This document shows positions 12,178-25,219 of a stretch of DNA of 64,000 bases, in pieces. The translations under genes and the position numbers were made by a program. Source of the stretch: Neoconidiobolus thromboides FSU 785 (lineage: Eukaryota; Fungi; Entomophthoromycota). The DNA lies in the NCBI GenBank assembly GCA_025603075.1, contig MU626286.1, positions 94,239-158,238 on the forward strand. The letters are read 5' to 3'. Each line of letters opens with the position of its first letter. Positions within the stretch are counted from its first letter, which is position 1. The notes beneath the pieces are model-generated. The model was given only the letters and a program-made list of their open reading frames with translations. It ran no database searches and was not told where the DNA came from.

Positions 12178-12218
12178 TGACATCACCATGATAAGATAAG
12201 AAAATCCAAGTATATATA
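12178..12218 (+). promoter_or_regulatory. CRE-like site plus TATA box of the 12266 gene
   Basis: TGACATCA at 12178-12185 and TATATATA at 12211-12218, separated by 25 nt. An upstream TGACACATCAT is shared with the 10556 promoter. Confidence 0.6.
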
Positions 12219-12265
12219 AAATGCAAGAAAATGAGTAAGAAAATGAAAAATAAAATAAAATCAAT

Positions 12266-13120
12266 ATGAATAATCAAAATCAATTAAGCTCTACCCATAA
12301 GAAGGATACTAGTTTAAGTAACCTTGACTCTAACCAAGCTTATTCTACTGGTTCTCAACTTAGCTCTGGCTTAAACTCGGAGATGTACAATGCTAATAAT
12401 AATAGTAATCTTAATGCTACCAATATTTCTACTGCTACTGCTGCAAGTAGTAAACCAAAAAATAGTTATCTCGATAACTTAAATTCTGAGATGTTTAATA
12501 ATAGTAAGGCTAATACTAGTAACACTAATCTTAGCTATATTCCAAGTGAGACCCAAAATAACAGCTCATTGAATAATTCTAATAATAAGACTGGGTTGAA
12601 CAGGAACTCTGATGACCCTTTTAAAGGTAATAAGCACAATAATAATCAATATAGCAATGCCAAATTATCTGGATCAGTAATTGATAATACTGCTGCCATG
12701 AGTGTCAATTCACAAGATATTGCTTCTTCTATAACTGCCCAAGAAAAGGATAACATAAATAATAATCAATATAACAGCAATGAAACTTATAATAGTAACC
12801 AATATAATAATACTAAACCATCTGGATCAGTAATTGATAATACTGCTGCCATGAGTGTTAATTCACAAGATATTGCTTCTTCTATAACTGCTCAAGAAAA
12901 GGATAAAAAGCATAATACCCAATATAATAATAATCAAGCTCATAGTAATGAACGTATTAATGCTGATAGTAATATTCATTCTATTAACAGTCAGACCCAT
13001 ACCAATACTAATACTACTCAATCACATAATGTGGATCATAATAATATAGATAAGCATCATGAGGAAGGTGGTATTAAAGAAAAGGTAAAAAATGTTATCG
13101 ATAAAGTATTCCACAGCTAA
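12266..13120 (+). CDS. Asn-rich hydrophilin/dehydrin-like disordered protein, paralog 2
   Basis: Intact 284-aa ORF sharing N-terminal (NLDSNQA, ATA.SSKP, PSETQN) and C-terminal (GGIKEKVKNVIDKVFHS) blocks with the 10556 gene. Confidence 0.8.
   Translation: MNNQNQLSSTHKKDTSLSNLDSNQAYSTGSQLSSGLNSEMYNANNNSNLNATNISTATAASSKPKNSYLDNLNSEMFNNSKANTSNTNLSYIPSETQNNSSLNNSNNKTGLNRNSDDPFKGNKHNNNQYSNAKLSGSVIDNTAAMSVNSQDIASSITAQEKDNINNNQYNSNETYNSNQYNNTKPSGSVIDNTAAMSVNSQDIASSITAQEKDKKHNTQYNNNQAHSNERINADSNIHSINSQTHTNTNTTQSHNVDHNNIDKHHEEGGIKEKVKNVIDKVFHS
12668..12905 (+). repeat. Near-perfect ~85-bp internal duplication (period 153 bp)
   Basis: The sequence encoding SGSVIDNTAAMSVNSQDIASSITAQEKD starts at 12668 and again at 12821. 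The two differences seen are gtc/gtt and gcc/gct. Confidence 0.92.
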
Positions 13121-13509
13121 TATTTGCAAACAAATAATTTGTATTGTAATTCTATCATAATTTTTATTTAAAGTGATAAAACTTTATAAAGCAATAAATT
13201 AAAAATAAAGGCAATAATAAAAAGGCAATAATTTATTTATATTACAAATAAAGTTAGGTTATAGTTATGTTAAATTTACTTCTAATTTGTATGATAAGTT
13301 AAATAATTTAGACATTACTAATATGATTTTTCCATTTAATAATAATGGCCGTAATACTTGACCAGCTAAGATAATCTTTTGAAGTAAAATATATCAAAGT
13401 AATTAATTATAAATAGCTGTTTTGATCCATAATAAACCAACCTTTATGATTACTAGAGCAACTATTAAATAACCCTTAGATATTGAAGTAAGTAAATATA
13501 AACTGCGAG

Positions 13510-14460
13510 TATAATAATATAATAATAGCTTATTTACCTTTATATCTTTTCTCTAAATTAAATAAGCTCTGATATACATGGGTTTTCACTAAGTACTTTA
13601 ATTCATTAAGATCATTCCATTGAATTTTTCATAAGAAATTAATATCTAAGGGCAAATCTTCTTTATCTGAAGTTCTAAATACATTATATTTAATTAACTT
13701 ATGCCAACTACTCTCCGTAATATCTATTTTATTACCAATTTTATAATAAATCCTACCATTTGCTCCCTATTGTGTTAATTTCAGTATACCATTAGTACCA
13801 TAATTGTTTTTATTGTCATTTCTTCCTCTAGATGGCAATGTTACATAAGCATATAACTCACCTAATTTTTGATCCTAATTTCTTATCTTTCTTTAATTAT
13901 AAATCCGTTTTAATTTCTCAACAACCTTTGGTTTTAACTCTAGTAACAATGAAGCAACAGATTTCTCACTGTGACTGGCATCGCTATCTTCATCATCCGA
14001 ATTTAGTAAAATATCCAATTCCTTAACACTGATGACTACAAGTTTATTTGAACATGAAGAGAAGGGTTGGATTAAATCATAAGATTAATGTCTTTTATTA
14101 GAGTTTAGTTGATATAAATTTAAGATTTATCTATTTGTATTACCATAATCATGGGCCCATTAAGCTTGTTATTTGGGCTTTTATTAAATGATTCACATTC
14201 ATTTTCGTTCCTATTCCCACTCCCAATTGAATAATCATATCCATAAATACTCTGTCTCTCCTCTCTCCTACCAATGTTCTTATATTCTTCACAACCATCT
14301 TGATATTGGCCTATTATAATCCACTTCCGTCTTAATCAATCTCTTACAATATTTCCCTTTATTATCAAAATAAACATAACATCTCATTATATGGTCATTC
14401 TATTCTAAACAGACATACATAGAAACAAAATAAAATATACATCTACCCTGAGGATCTTTT
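13510..14460 (-). mobile_element. Highly decayed coding-like relic, possibly a non-LTR retroelement endonuclease region
   Basis: Purine-rich minus strand with broken frames reading KDPQGRCI, IIIG.N.KMVV and a possible R.(I/D)LKFIS. These resemble APE-domain motifs only weakly. Confidence 0.3.
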
Positions 14461-14498
14461 AAACTTAAATTCATCTCAAAGTGAAGATAGTAAAAAAG

Positions 14499-14608
14499 TA
14501 TATGGGGGTGTTTTTTTTAGTTTCATTACTTTTCTCTATTTTTTAAGCACTATTTGAGTAAAAAAGCTATTAGTAAAATTCTTAAACAAAAAAATACATC
14601 CCCATATA
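14499..14608 (-). mobile_element. MITE-like element family A, copy 4
   Basis: TATATGGGGGTG...TACATCCCCATATA with both TIRs intact. Confidence 0.9.
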
Positions 14609-14919
14609 AATTTGAAAGAATTCTGATTTTAATATTATTCCGGATTATGAAAGATTCATAGTTGTTACATTGATAAGTTAGATTCCTAGTCAATGCATTA
14701 ATATATAATGTTTTTTATGACTATTGATGCTTAAGGCTACTTTAGAGTAATAGTCTCTTCACTTATTTCTTTATCTTTATTTGTTATAACATTATCTTTT
14801 GCACCCTGGTTTTGGTTTACCATTCTTTATTTTTCCTACTTTGTTTATCTAAATTAACTAAATAGCTTAGCTAATAAATAAATAAATAAATACAAACAAT
14901 TCAAATAGAAATAGTTAAC

Positions 14920-15027
14920 ATATGGGGATGTATTTTTGTGTTTAAGAATTTTACTAACAAATTTTCCGCTTAAATAACACTTAAAAAATGGAAAAAATAA
15001 TGAAGTCAAAAAAGACACTCCCATATA
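14920..15027 (+). mobile_element. MITE-like element family A, copy 5
   Basis: ATATGGGGATGTATTTTTGTG...GACACTCCCATATA. Confidence 0.9.
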
Positions 15028-15459
15028 TTAAACTATTTTTTAATATTTTTTAATATTTTTTAGCAATTTCAATACTAACTATAATAGCTAATTCAAAGCC
15101 CAATATTTAAAATAAAATAAATTAAAACTTAATGAAAACAGTTAAATTATCTTTTATTCATAAAAGTATAAGTGTTAAATTGTTTTTATTTTATAATAAA
15201 TTAAAACATTGATTTTTACAAATTTTATCATTGACGCTACCCTCTATTATTAATAATTATAAAATATCAATGACTTTGGAACAAAAAACATAAACTACAT
15301 TAACGTCATAAACTATAGTCTACAAATTATGAAAATTAGTTAGATCTTGTCTATATAATAGCTATAAAATTATTGAACTTTATTGATATAAAACCATTTC
15401 TTGCATCAATCAATTTGCTAGTAATTTTATATATTTTTTGTGTTATTTATTCATAGTAG

Positions 15460-15541
15460 GACACTTTGGCCGAGCGGTTAAGGCGTGAGCCTAGAAAGCT
15501 CATGGGGTTTCCCCGCGCAGGTTCAAATCCTGCAGGTGTCG
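15460..15541 (+). tRNA. tRNA-Ser (anticodon AGA), intronless
   Basis: Acceptor stem GACACTT/AGGTGTC plus G discriminator, D-arm GCCGAGCGGTTAAGGC, anticodon arm TGAGC-CTAGAAA-GCTCA, long variable arm GGGG-TTT-CCCC, T-arm GCAGG-TTCAAAT-CCTGC, and a downstream T6 Pol III terminator. Confidence 0.97.
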
Positions 15542-15810
15542 TCCCTTTTTTAACCTAAGGGGGGGATATAGGTCAGTTACCAATTATTCTTTTTTGGGAT
15601 TTTTAAAAGAGTTTAAATTTACAGCTAAACCCTGATATATTTTTTAAATCTAAGTTTAAATTATTATAATTTTTTGTTTTTAAAACTCCTGATTTGGCTA
15701 TTAAATATAATTTTATTTTTTTATCATTTTATTTTGTTTCTTATTAACAAAGTTTTTTAATACATTAATTTAATAATTATATTATAAAATTATAGCTGTT
15801 GTATTTTTTG

Positions 15811-15919
15811 TATATGAGAGTGTTTTTTTTTACTTCATTATTTCTTCCATTTTTTAAGCGCTATTTAAGCGGAAAATTTATTAGTAAAATTCTTAAACAC
15901 AAAAATACATCCCCATATA
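15811..15919 (-). mobile_element. MITE-like element family A, copy 6
   Basis: TATATGAGAGTG...AAGCGCTATTTAAGCGG...TACATCCCCATATA. Confidence 0.9.
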
Positions 15920-16193
15920 ATACTTTAGTTTAAAAAAACTTTAATATAATAGCTTTTTTTGAAACTTTATTAAACTTAATTTAACAAGCTTTTTTTGTTT
16001 TTTAACTATATTTATTATTATTAATAAAACAAATTATTCTTCCATTTATTTCATATAACCTTTTTGATTACTCTATATTATTTTATTTATTTCTAAGCTT
16101 ATTTTAATTTTTAAACTAAGATTTTATGATTTATTGTAAACAGTTAATTAAAAACAGTATAAATCATCAATTATAAAAATAACTATTAATTAA

Positions 16194-16297
16194 TATAAAA
16201 GTATTTTTTTAGCTTTATCACTTTTTCTATCTTTTAAACATTATTAAGCAGAAAAATTATTAATAAAATTTCAAATAAAGGAATACATCTCTATATA
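16194..16297 (-). mobile_element. MITE-like element family A, copy 7 (degenerate)
   Basis: Colinear but diverged: TTTATCACTTTTTCTATCTTTTAAAC...TAATAAAATT...TACATCTCTATATA. Confidence 0.7.
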
Positions 16298-16313
16298 TTA
16301 GAAAGTATGTTTA

Positions 16314-16416
16314 ATATGAAAATGTATTTTTTTAAAGAATTTCACTAACACTCTTTCTGTTGAAATAGGGCTTAAAAAATGGAAAAAGTGATAAAATTAA
16401 AAAAACATTCATATAT
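16314..16416 (+). mobile_element. MITE-like element family A, copy 8 (degenerate)
   Basis: ATATGAAAATGTATTTT...AAGAATTTCACTAAC...GCTTAAAAAATGGAAAAAGTG...CATTCATATA. Confidence 0.75.
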
Positions 16417-16483
16417 ATCATTTGCTTTAAATAATATGGTTTTTTTAATGCCAGATTTTAAAAAAGTGAGTAATATTAATCTA

Positions 16484-16592
16484 CATAAGGGAGGTGTATT
16501 TTTGTATTTAAGAATTTTACTAAAAATCTTTCGGCTCAAATAGCGCTTAAAAGATAGAGAAAGTAATGAAACCAAAAAAAACATCCCCATAA
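16484..16592 (+). mobile_element. MITE-like element family A, copy 9
   Basis: ATAAGGGAGGTGTATTTTTG...AATAGCGCTTAAAAGATAG...CATCCCCATA. Confidence 0.88.
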
Positions 16593-16793
16593 CCTATTGC
16601 AAAATAACTATAAAGGAACAAGGAATTGGTGAAAGAAAATAGCAAGCTTACCCTCAAGCAATGATGAATTTTATTTATTTAATAAAGTTGATTAATAAAG
16701 TTTGAGCTTAACTTTTTATTTTTTTTTATTTTTTCAATTAAACGAGTACAAATACAACTTTTTTCAGTAAATACCAAACAAGTTATTTCATGA

Positions 16794-16894
16794 TATAGGG
16801 ATGTTTTTTTAACTTCATCACTTTTTCCTTTCAAGCGCTATTTGAGTGGAAAAACTGTTAGTAAAATTCTTAAACACAAAAAAACATCCTCATT
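16794..16894 (-). mobile_element. MITE-like element family A, copy 10
   Basis: TATAGGGATG...AAGCGCTATTTGAGTGG...TTAGTAAAATTCTTAAACAC...CATCCTCAT, with a small internal deletion. Confidence 0.85.
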
Positions 16895-17254
16895 GATACT
16901 ATTTGTTTAAATTTTGTTAATTCTCATATTAACTTCTGGATTTCAGACTTGAGTTTGCAAAATTGGATTTTTGCTAAACTTAGTAAAAATAGTATAGAGT
17001 ATAGATACTAGATAGATTAAATAATACTTTCTATAATTTTGAATATTACTAGTTCTAATCTTAACCTTAAAAATTTAATGCTTACTCTAGACCTCCTCTA
17101 TCTTAACCAAACTTTTATTCAAAATCTAAATTTTCGGATGTTTTTTTCAAATTAATTTTAGACCTTAAAGATTCAAAATCTAATTTGGTTTGTTAAAATT
17201 GAATTGTTAAAATTTATCAATTTATTATTTTCTAATACTCACTTTCACCAACCA

Positions 17255-18229
17255 ATGTTTAAATTGTACCAATCCTTCCAATTACCTTTAAAGGGCATAA
17301 AAAGGAGTTATTTCACCTCCCCAACAACTAAAAGCAGAAGTTTTTATTATGGATTAGGCTTAGGCGCTAGTGCCTTGCTTTATGGTCTTTATCACTTGGT
17401 CAAATCGGATGATAATATTAATGAAATTGATTTTGTTCCATTCACTTTAACTTCTAAAACAAAATTAAACCACAACACTTCCCTATTTCATTTACAGGGT
17501 ACCTCTCCCATCAATTTTCCATTATTAAGTCATATTCAAGTGAAACATCATTTAATGCAAATCATGCGACCATATACTGTACTTCCATTGGAGTTTCAGA
17601 AAACTAAAGACGGATTTTTACAGAAAGATATAGTATTGATGATTAAAGAATACAATGATGGTCCAATGAGTCAATTTTTGTTTCGCAAAAAAGTAGGAGA
17701 TAAAGTAGAAGTAAGAGGACCTTATTATACAATTCGAGAAGAGCTTAAAAAAGAAGGTAAATTAATCATGTTGGCAGCAGGTACTGGTATTGCTCCATTT
17801 TATCAAATATTAAAAGTGGTTTTGAATGGAGAAACAAAACAGAAATTCGAATTGTTTTATTTTAATAGGAATAAAGAAGATATCTTATTAAAAAAAGAGT
17901 TGGATGAAATGAAATTGAAATTTGAAGATCAAGTAAAAGTTTATTATTATTGTGAGGATAATAAAGGGGATGATGAGATAGCTAATGGTATTGTTAATTT
18001 TGAGTTAATAAATAATTATTTGAAAAAGAATCCATTATCAAGTAACGATAAAATATTGATTTGTGGACCTGAAGGGTAATTTAATATTTAATATTTAATA
18101 TTATAATTAATTGTTTTAAGGTTTTTAAGAGCGATAGGTGGAGCTAAATTAAACGATTATGAAGATGGAGAAGTAACCGGAATATTAGGAAAATTAAATA
18201 TTACTAAAGAACAGGTTTATAAATTATAG
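17255..18229 (+). CDS. NADH-cytochrome b5 reductase family protein (FAD/NAD-binding), probably mitochondrial; one intron at ~18077-18120
   Basis: RPYT, G.MS..L, RGPY, MLAAGTGIAPFYQI and ICGPEG motifs. Splicing restores GPEGFLRAIGG...LGKLNITKEQVYKL*. ATG at 17255 precedes a presequence-like segment. Confidence 0.9.
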
Positions 18230-18302
18230 ATAAATAAATATTAAATATTAAATATTAAAGATTAAAAATTAAACCTATTTCTGTTTCTATTTTTATCTTA
18301 TT

Positions 18303-19840
18303 TTAATAACGACAATGGTTGATATATCTAGGATAAGGAGAAGTATCTCTAATATGTTCTTGCCCTGTAATAAATTGTAAGAATCTTTCAATACCTAAAC
18401 CAAAGCCACCATGGGGTACAGAGCCATATCTCCTTAAATCTAAATACCATTGATACTCATTTAACATAGTTGAGTTCATGTTATTTTCTAATATATTAAT
18501 ATCGTCTTCACGTAATGAACCTCCAATTAATTCTCCAATACCTGGTATTAATAAATCAAAACAAGCAACAGTACTGTTATCTTGATTCAATTTCATATAA
18601 AAAGGTTTAATTTGCTTTGGATAATTAGTTATAAAAACTGGAGATTGATAGTAATTTGCTAAATATTTTTCATGCTCTGATTGTAAAGATTTACCAACAA
18701 TAGGCTGAAATTCAAATTTTTGTTTACTATTTTCTAATTCTTTGATTGCTTGTTGATAACTTAATCTATAAAATGGTTGGTTAATTACCATATTTAATTT
18801 ATTTAACAATTGCCCTTTTTCTGTTCCATATTTATCAAAAAATTCTAATTCTTCTTTGCCAACTTGTACTAAATATTTCAAACAATCTTTGATAACTACT
18901 TCAGCTAAATCCATCAATTGGTTTAAATCTTTAAGGAAAGCAAGTTCTAATTCAAACATCCAAAATTCAGCTAAATGTCGTGATGTCATTGAACCTTCCG
19001 CTCTGAATGTGGGACCAATTGTATAAACTCTAGATAAACTATTGGCTAACATTTCCAAATGTAATTGAGCTGAAACAGTTAAATAAGCTGGATTCCCAAA
19101 GAATTCTTCATTATTGCTTTTGATTTTGAATACTTCTCCTCCTCCTTCACAATCATGGGAGGTTATTATAGGAGTATGTACTTGAATAAACTCTTTTTGC
19201 TAACAATTATGTTAATAATAATTTACTTATTTTTTAAGTTCATATTTACATTTAAACTTTGATTAATAGCAGTTAGTAAATGAGATCTAAGTCTTAATAA
19301 AGCGGACATTCCATTAGTACGTGGTCTTAAATGCCCATGTTCTCTTAAAAATTCTAAGCCATGTTTTTTCTTTTGTAATGGATAGCTCTAATTGTATAAA
19401 TAACTAATCTTTGGAGTAAAAAAATTGTTACCTCAGCATCGCTTTTACCCAAAATTTGTAAACTATTTACTTTTAATTCTAAACTTTGATTCTTTCCAGG
19501 ACTCTTTACAAGTTTACCATACGCTTTTAAAGAGCAACCGGTAGTTACACTATATAAATTAATAAATAAAATATTAACCTGATTCTTAATTTGATTACTC
19601 TTTGATTAATTCATTCTTATCTAAATCTTCAAAAACGAGTTGTAATGGTTTTGTATTTGATCCATCCGATAAAGCCACAAAACCAATTGTTTTTTGAATT
19701 CTAGCTGTCTTAACCCATCCACTTACTTCCAACTCTTCACCTTCTTTTCCATTTTCAAGTATCCTTTGTAAATTTCTCGTTAAACATGTGGTATACGGCC
19801 TTTTCAATATAGTTTTCAATGGACTTAACAAGCTTAGCAT
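18303..19840 (-). CDS. NARS2: Mitochondrial asparaginyl-tRNA synthetase (multi-exon)
   Basis: OB-fold GWVKTARIQK..GFVALSDGS, YLTVSAQLHLE, FRAEGSMTSRHLAEFWMFELE and WYLDLRRYGSVPHGGFGLGIER motifs, plus an N-terminal presequence. Confidence 0.92.
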
Positions 19841-20035
19841 TTCAATTTTTTTTAATATTAAAAAAAATCAAAGGATGAAAATTTGGCTATGATTGGTTAT
19901 TAAGGTTTTAGTACAGGTTTAATCAGTTGGAATTTTATTGGCTGCCACTAAAGTCGTTTCATGTTACTTCATTTTAGAATCTAAAGATTAATGTTTATAA
20001 ATTTATTTATTTTTTATTAATTTAACAAAGTGAAG

Positions 20036-20791
20036 ATGAGTTCAACTGCTTTAAAAAGATTAATTACTGAATATAAGGGTAGATTAGTATTGAGTTTTAG
20101 TTTAATATATGTCTTAATTGATTATAGAGTTAACTGTCAATCCCCCAGAAGGCATTACAGCTGGTAAAAATAGGAAATAAATAGTTTCTAAAATGATACT
20201 AAATTCTATAACTTAGGTCCAGTATCTGAAGATAATTTTTTTGAATGGGACGCATTAATAGCGTAATTAATAATATGTTTATTTAAAACTAATTTCATTA
20301 ATCAATATATTTTTAGTGGCCCTGAAGGCACCCCATTTGAAGGTGGTTTATTTTCAGCTACATTAACTTTCCCAAAAGATTACCCATTATCCCCACCAGT
20401 AATGAAGTTTACTTGTCCAATGTTTCATCCAAATAGTAATTACTATAAATGTATTTCTATTTTTAGTTAATATATATAGTTTATCCCAATGGCGAAGTAT
20501 GTATATCAATTTTGCATGCGGCTGGAGATGATCCCAATATGTATGAGTCATCTTCAGAAAGATGGTCTCCAGTACAATCCATTGAAAAAATATTAATATC
20601 GGTAGTTAGTATGTTGGCTGGTAAGTTTAATTTATTATTGTTTATTCCATATTTTGAATTAGAGTATTATTATCATAGATCCAAATGACGAAAGCGGAGC
20701 TAATATTGATGCTTGTAAAGTATGGCGAAACAATCGTGAAGAATATGATCGATTGGTCAAAGAAAACGTTAAGCTTACCCTTGGATTATAA
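20036..20791 (+). CDS. UBC7: E2 ubiquitin-conjugating enzyme Ubc7/UBE2G2 (6 exons)
   Basis: Spliced translation [14 protein letters not shown]...[50 protein letters not shown] contains the Ubc7-type acidic loop. Confidence 0.95.
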
Positions 20792-20890
20792 GAATTGCCT
20801 ATTTTAGTAATAAAATAAAGTTGAGTAAAGTTGAGGGATATTTGTACTTTTTTACTTTTTTACTTTTTTACTTTTTTATTTTTTAATCAG

Positions 20891-21402
20891 ATGAATTCAA
20901 ACACAACCTTTCCAGTAGATACTAAACAAGCTAGTTATTTAATTCATGATATTGATACAGATATTATTTGTTTAAATTTTAATAATAAAATTGTGGCTAT
21001 AGTGACTCAGATTGGTAAAGTTGGTAGCTTGGTAAATTTGTTTTCAATTTATGTCGAAATTTAAATTTAAATCCCTTTTAGTTACAATCTATTGTCACCA
21101 ATCCTGATGGTGGATCAGTGAACTATGATGAATTTAGTGTACGAAGTATTGAAAAAATTGGCGAAAAGTATTTAGTTGATACTAAATTTTTATTGGGTAA
21201 CCAAACTGAAACTGGATCGATTTATGAAATTATTGCTTCTCAATTATGTAACCTTATTGTAGCTGATAATCCTATGGAAAGAAGACCAGTTCTTTTAGCA
21301 CTTGCTTTAGATAAAAGCTTATTTTTAAATGAAAACCAAAGAAAATTAAAGGATGCTATAAGATGTATACCAGAATTAATTCAAGATAATAAAGCTTGGT
21401 GA
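20891..21402 (+). CDS. PSMG3: Proteasome assembly chaperone 3 (PAC3/PSMG3)-like, 2 exons
   Basis: FPVDTKQ...FNNKIVAIVTQIGKVGSL and LLG...IYEIIASQL...RPVLLALAL resemble PAC3. Confidence 0.72.
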
Positions 21403-21964
21403 TAAACTTTATGTCCTCCAGCTGGTAAAAGCCGTATAAGCAAAAAAGTATCGTGTGTTTTATATAATATTTATGCAATTTTAAATATTAAAAATGTCTA
21501 TCAATATTTTAACAGAATATTTTCTTTATAATGTTAGTAAATTTATACAAATACTGCTTTCTGAATTATTTATCGTTTTAGATGATCTATTTGTTACTTC
21601 ATTTAATAAAAAAGGTCCCAACTAATAACTTACATACTAAATGTAATTACATTTAATGTATTATATTTCCTATGGTAAAGTTAAACTGCATTTTATAGTA
21701 AAAAATAACATTTTACTCTTATTATCTCAAAGTCTCATAATGTCAAATATCATTTGTTAGATATATTATATATTATTTTTTATTATCTTAATTTACAATA
21801 CTTCTATAAATTCATGTCAACCATTTTATTAGAAATATAATATACCATTCTCATCAACATTTTAAAAAATCAAGCAAAACCTCAGCTAAATAGTTGATTG
21901 GTTTGTTCAAATCAATATAAGGGATGACGCATCAAAACTCCATTTTAATTTTTCAATTTCAAAA

Positions 21965-22829
<865 letters not shown>

Positions 22830-22874
22830 AATATTAATTTTAATAAAATCAAAGTTAAGTAAAAATATTGTACT

Positions 22875-23826
22875 TTATTTTAAATTTTCTAATAAATAAG
22901 TTAACATTATGGATGAGTTTTGTTCCACTTTCAAATCTGCTAGATCATCTGCTCTAGTTGGTCCAAGGTTTAATATATATACTTGCTTACCATTGTTTTT
23001 AGCTGATAAAGCTAAACGATAAGCTGAAGGAGTGGCCAGTGATGAGCCAATAACCAAAAGTGAGCTAGTATTTTCAATTTGAAATTTGGCTTCTTCCCTA
23101 GCTTTTTGTTTCATATTTTCACCAAAAAAGACCACGGAGGGTTTATAAAACCCATCATTACATTTTAAACAAGAGGGTATATTAAATAAATTAAATGGTG
23201 TATTGTCTGGTAATAAAATATCGCCATCGGGGGTAGTTTGTGGTTGAGTTTTTGAATTTTCAAATTGTTGTAGATAATTATGCCATTTCGGATTCATATC
23301 GGATAGCATTTCTTGAAAACTCTCCCTTTTTATTTGATGTTTGCAACTTAAACATTCCACAAAGCTCAAAGTACCATGTATTTCAGTCACGTTTTTTGTG
23401 CCTGCTTTCTGATGTAAATTATCTACATTTTGTGTTATGACATGTTTAACATACCCTTGCTGTTCTAATGCAGCCAATGCAAAGTGTGACGCGTTAGGTT
23501 TTGATGTTGAAAATTTAGGAAATCCAAAATAAGAACGTGTCCAATACCTCTGTCTTCTTTCATGACTGGATGCAAAATGTTGATACGTTATAGGCTTAAA
23601 CCCTGGGTTAACAACATATGCTCCATTTGGTCCTCGATAATCTGGAATTCCAGAATCTGTGCTTATTCCTAGAATTTGATTAGTCGCCTTCTATCTTGAT
23701 TGATAAGTTTTTACCTGCTCCAGTTAATACTACCATACCACCTTGATTTAGGTTGTTTATAGCTGCTTTTAATAGCTGATCTTTTAGCGATATTTCTTTT
23801 AGTGTTTTTGTAGCAATTGTTGACAT
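22875..23826 (-). CDS. SIRT4: Class II (SIRT4-like) NAD-dependent sirtuin, 2 exons
   Basis: [54 protein letters not shown], C-x2-C zinc motifs and KPSVVFFGEN. Confidence 0.92.
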
Positions 23827-23922
23827 TTTGAATTCTAAAAATCAAGAATAAATTAATTTCAATTTTTACAATTAAATTCAACTTGTAAAGAATTCTAACT
23901 TTATTTTATTTGGATCGAAAAA

Positions 23923-25219
<1,297 letters not shown>

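Noticed and set aside
20845-20885. (TTTTTAC)n repeat between UBC7 and PAC3, and TTAATAT repeats near 18080 and 18240
   Set aside because: Ordinary low-complexity slippage repeats in an AT-rich genome.
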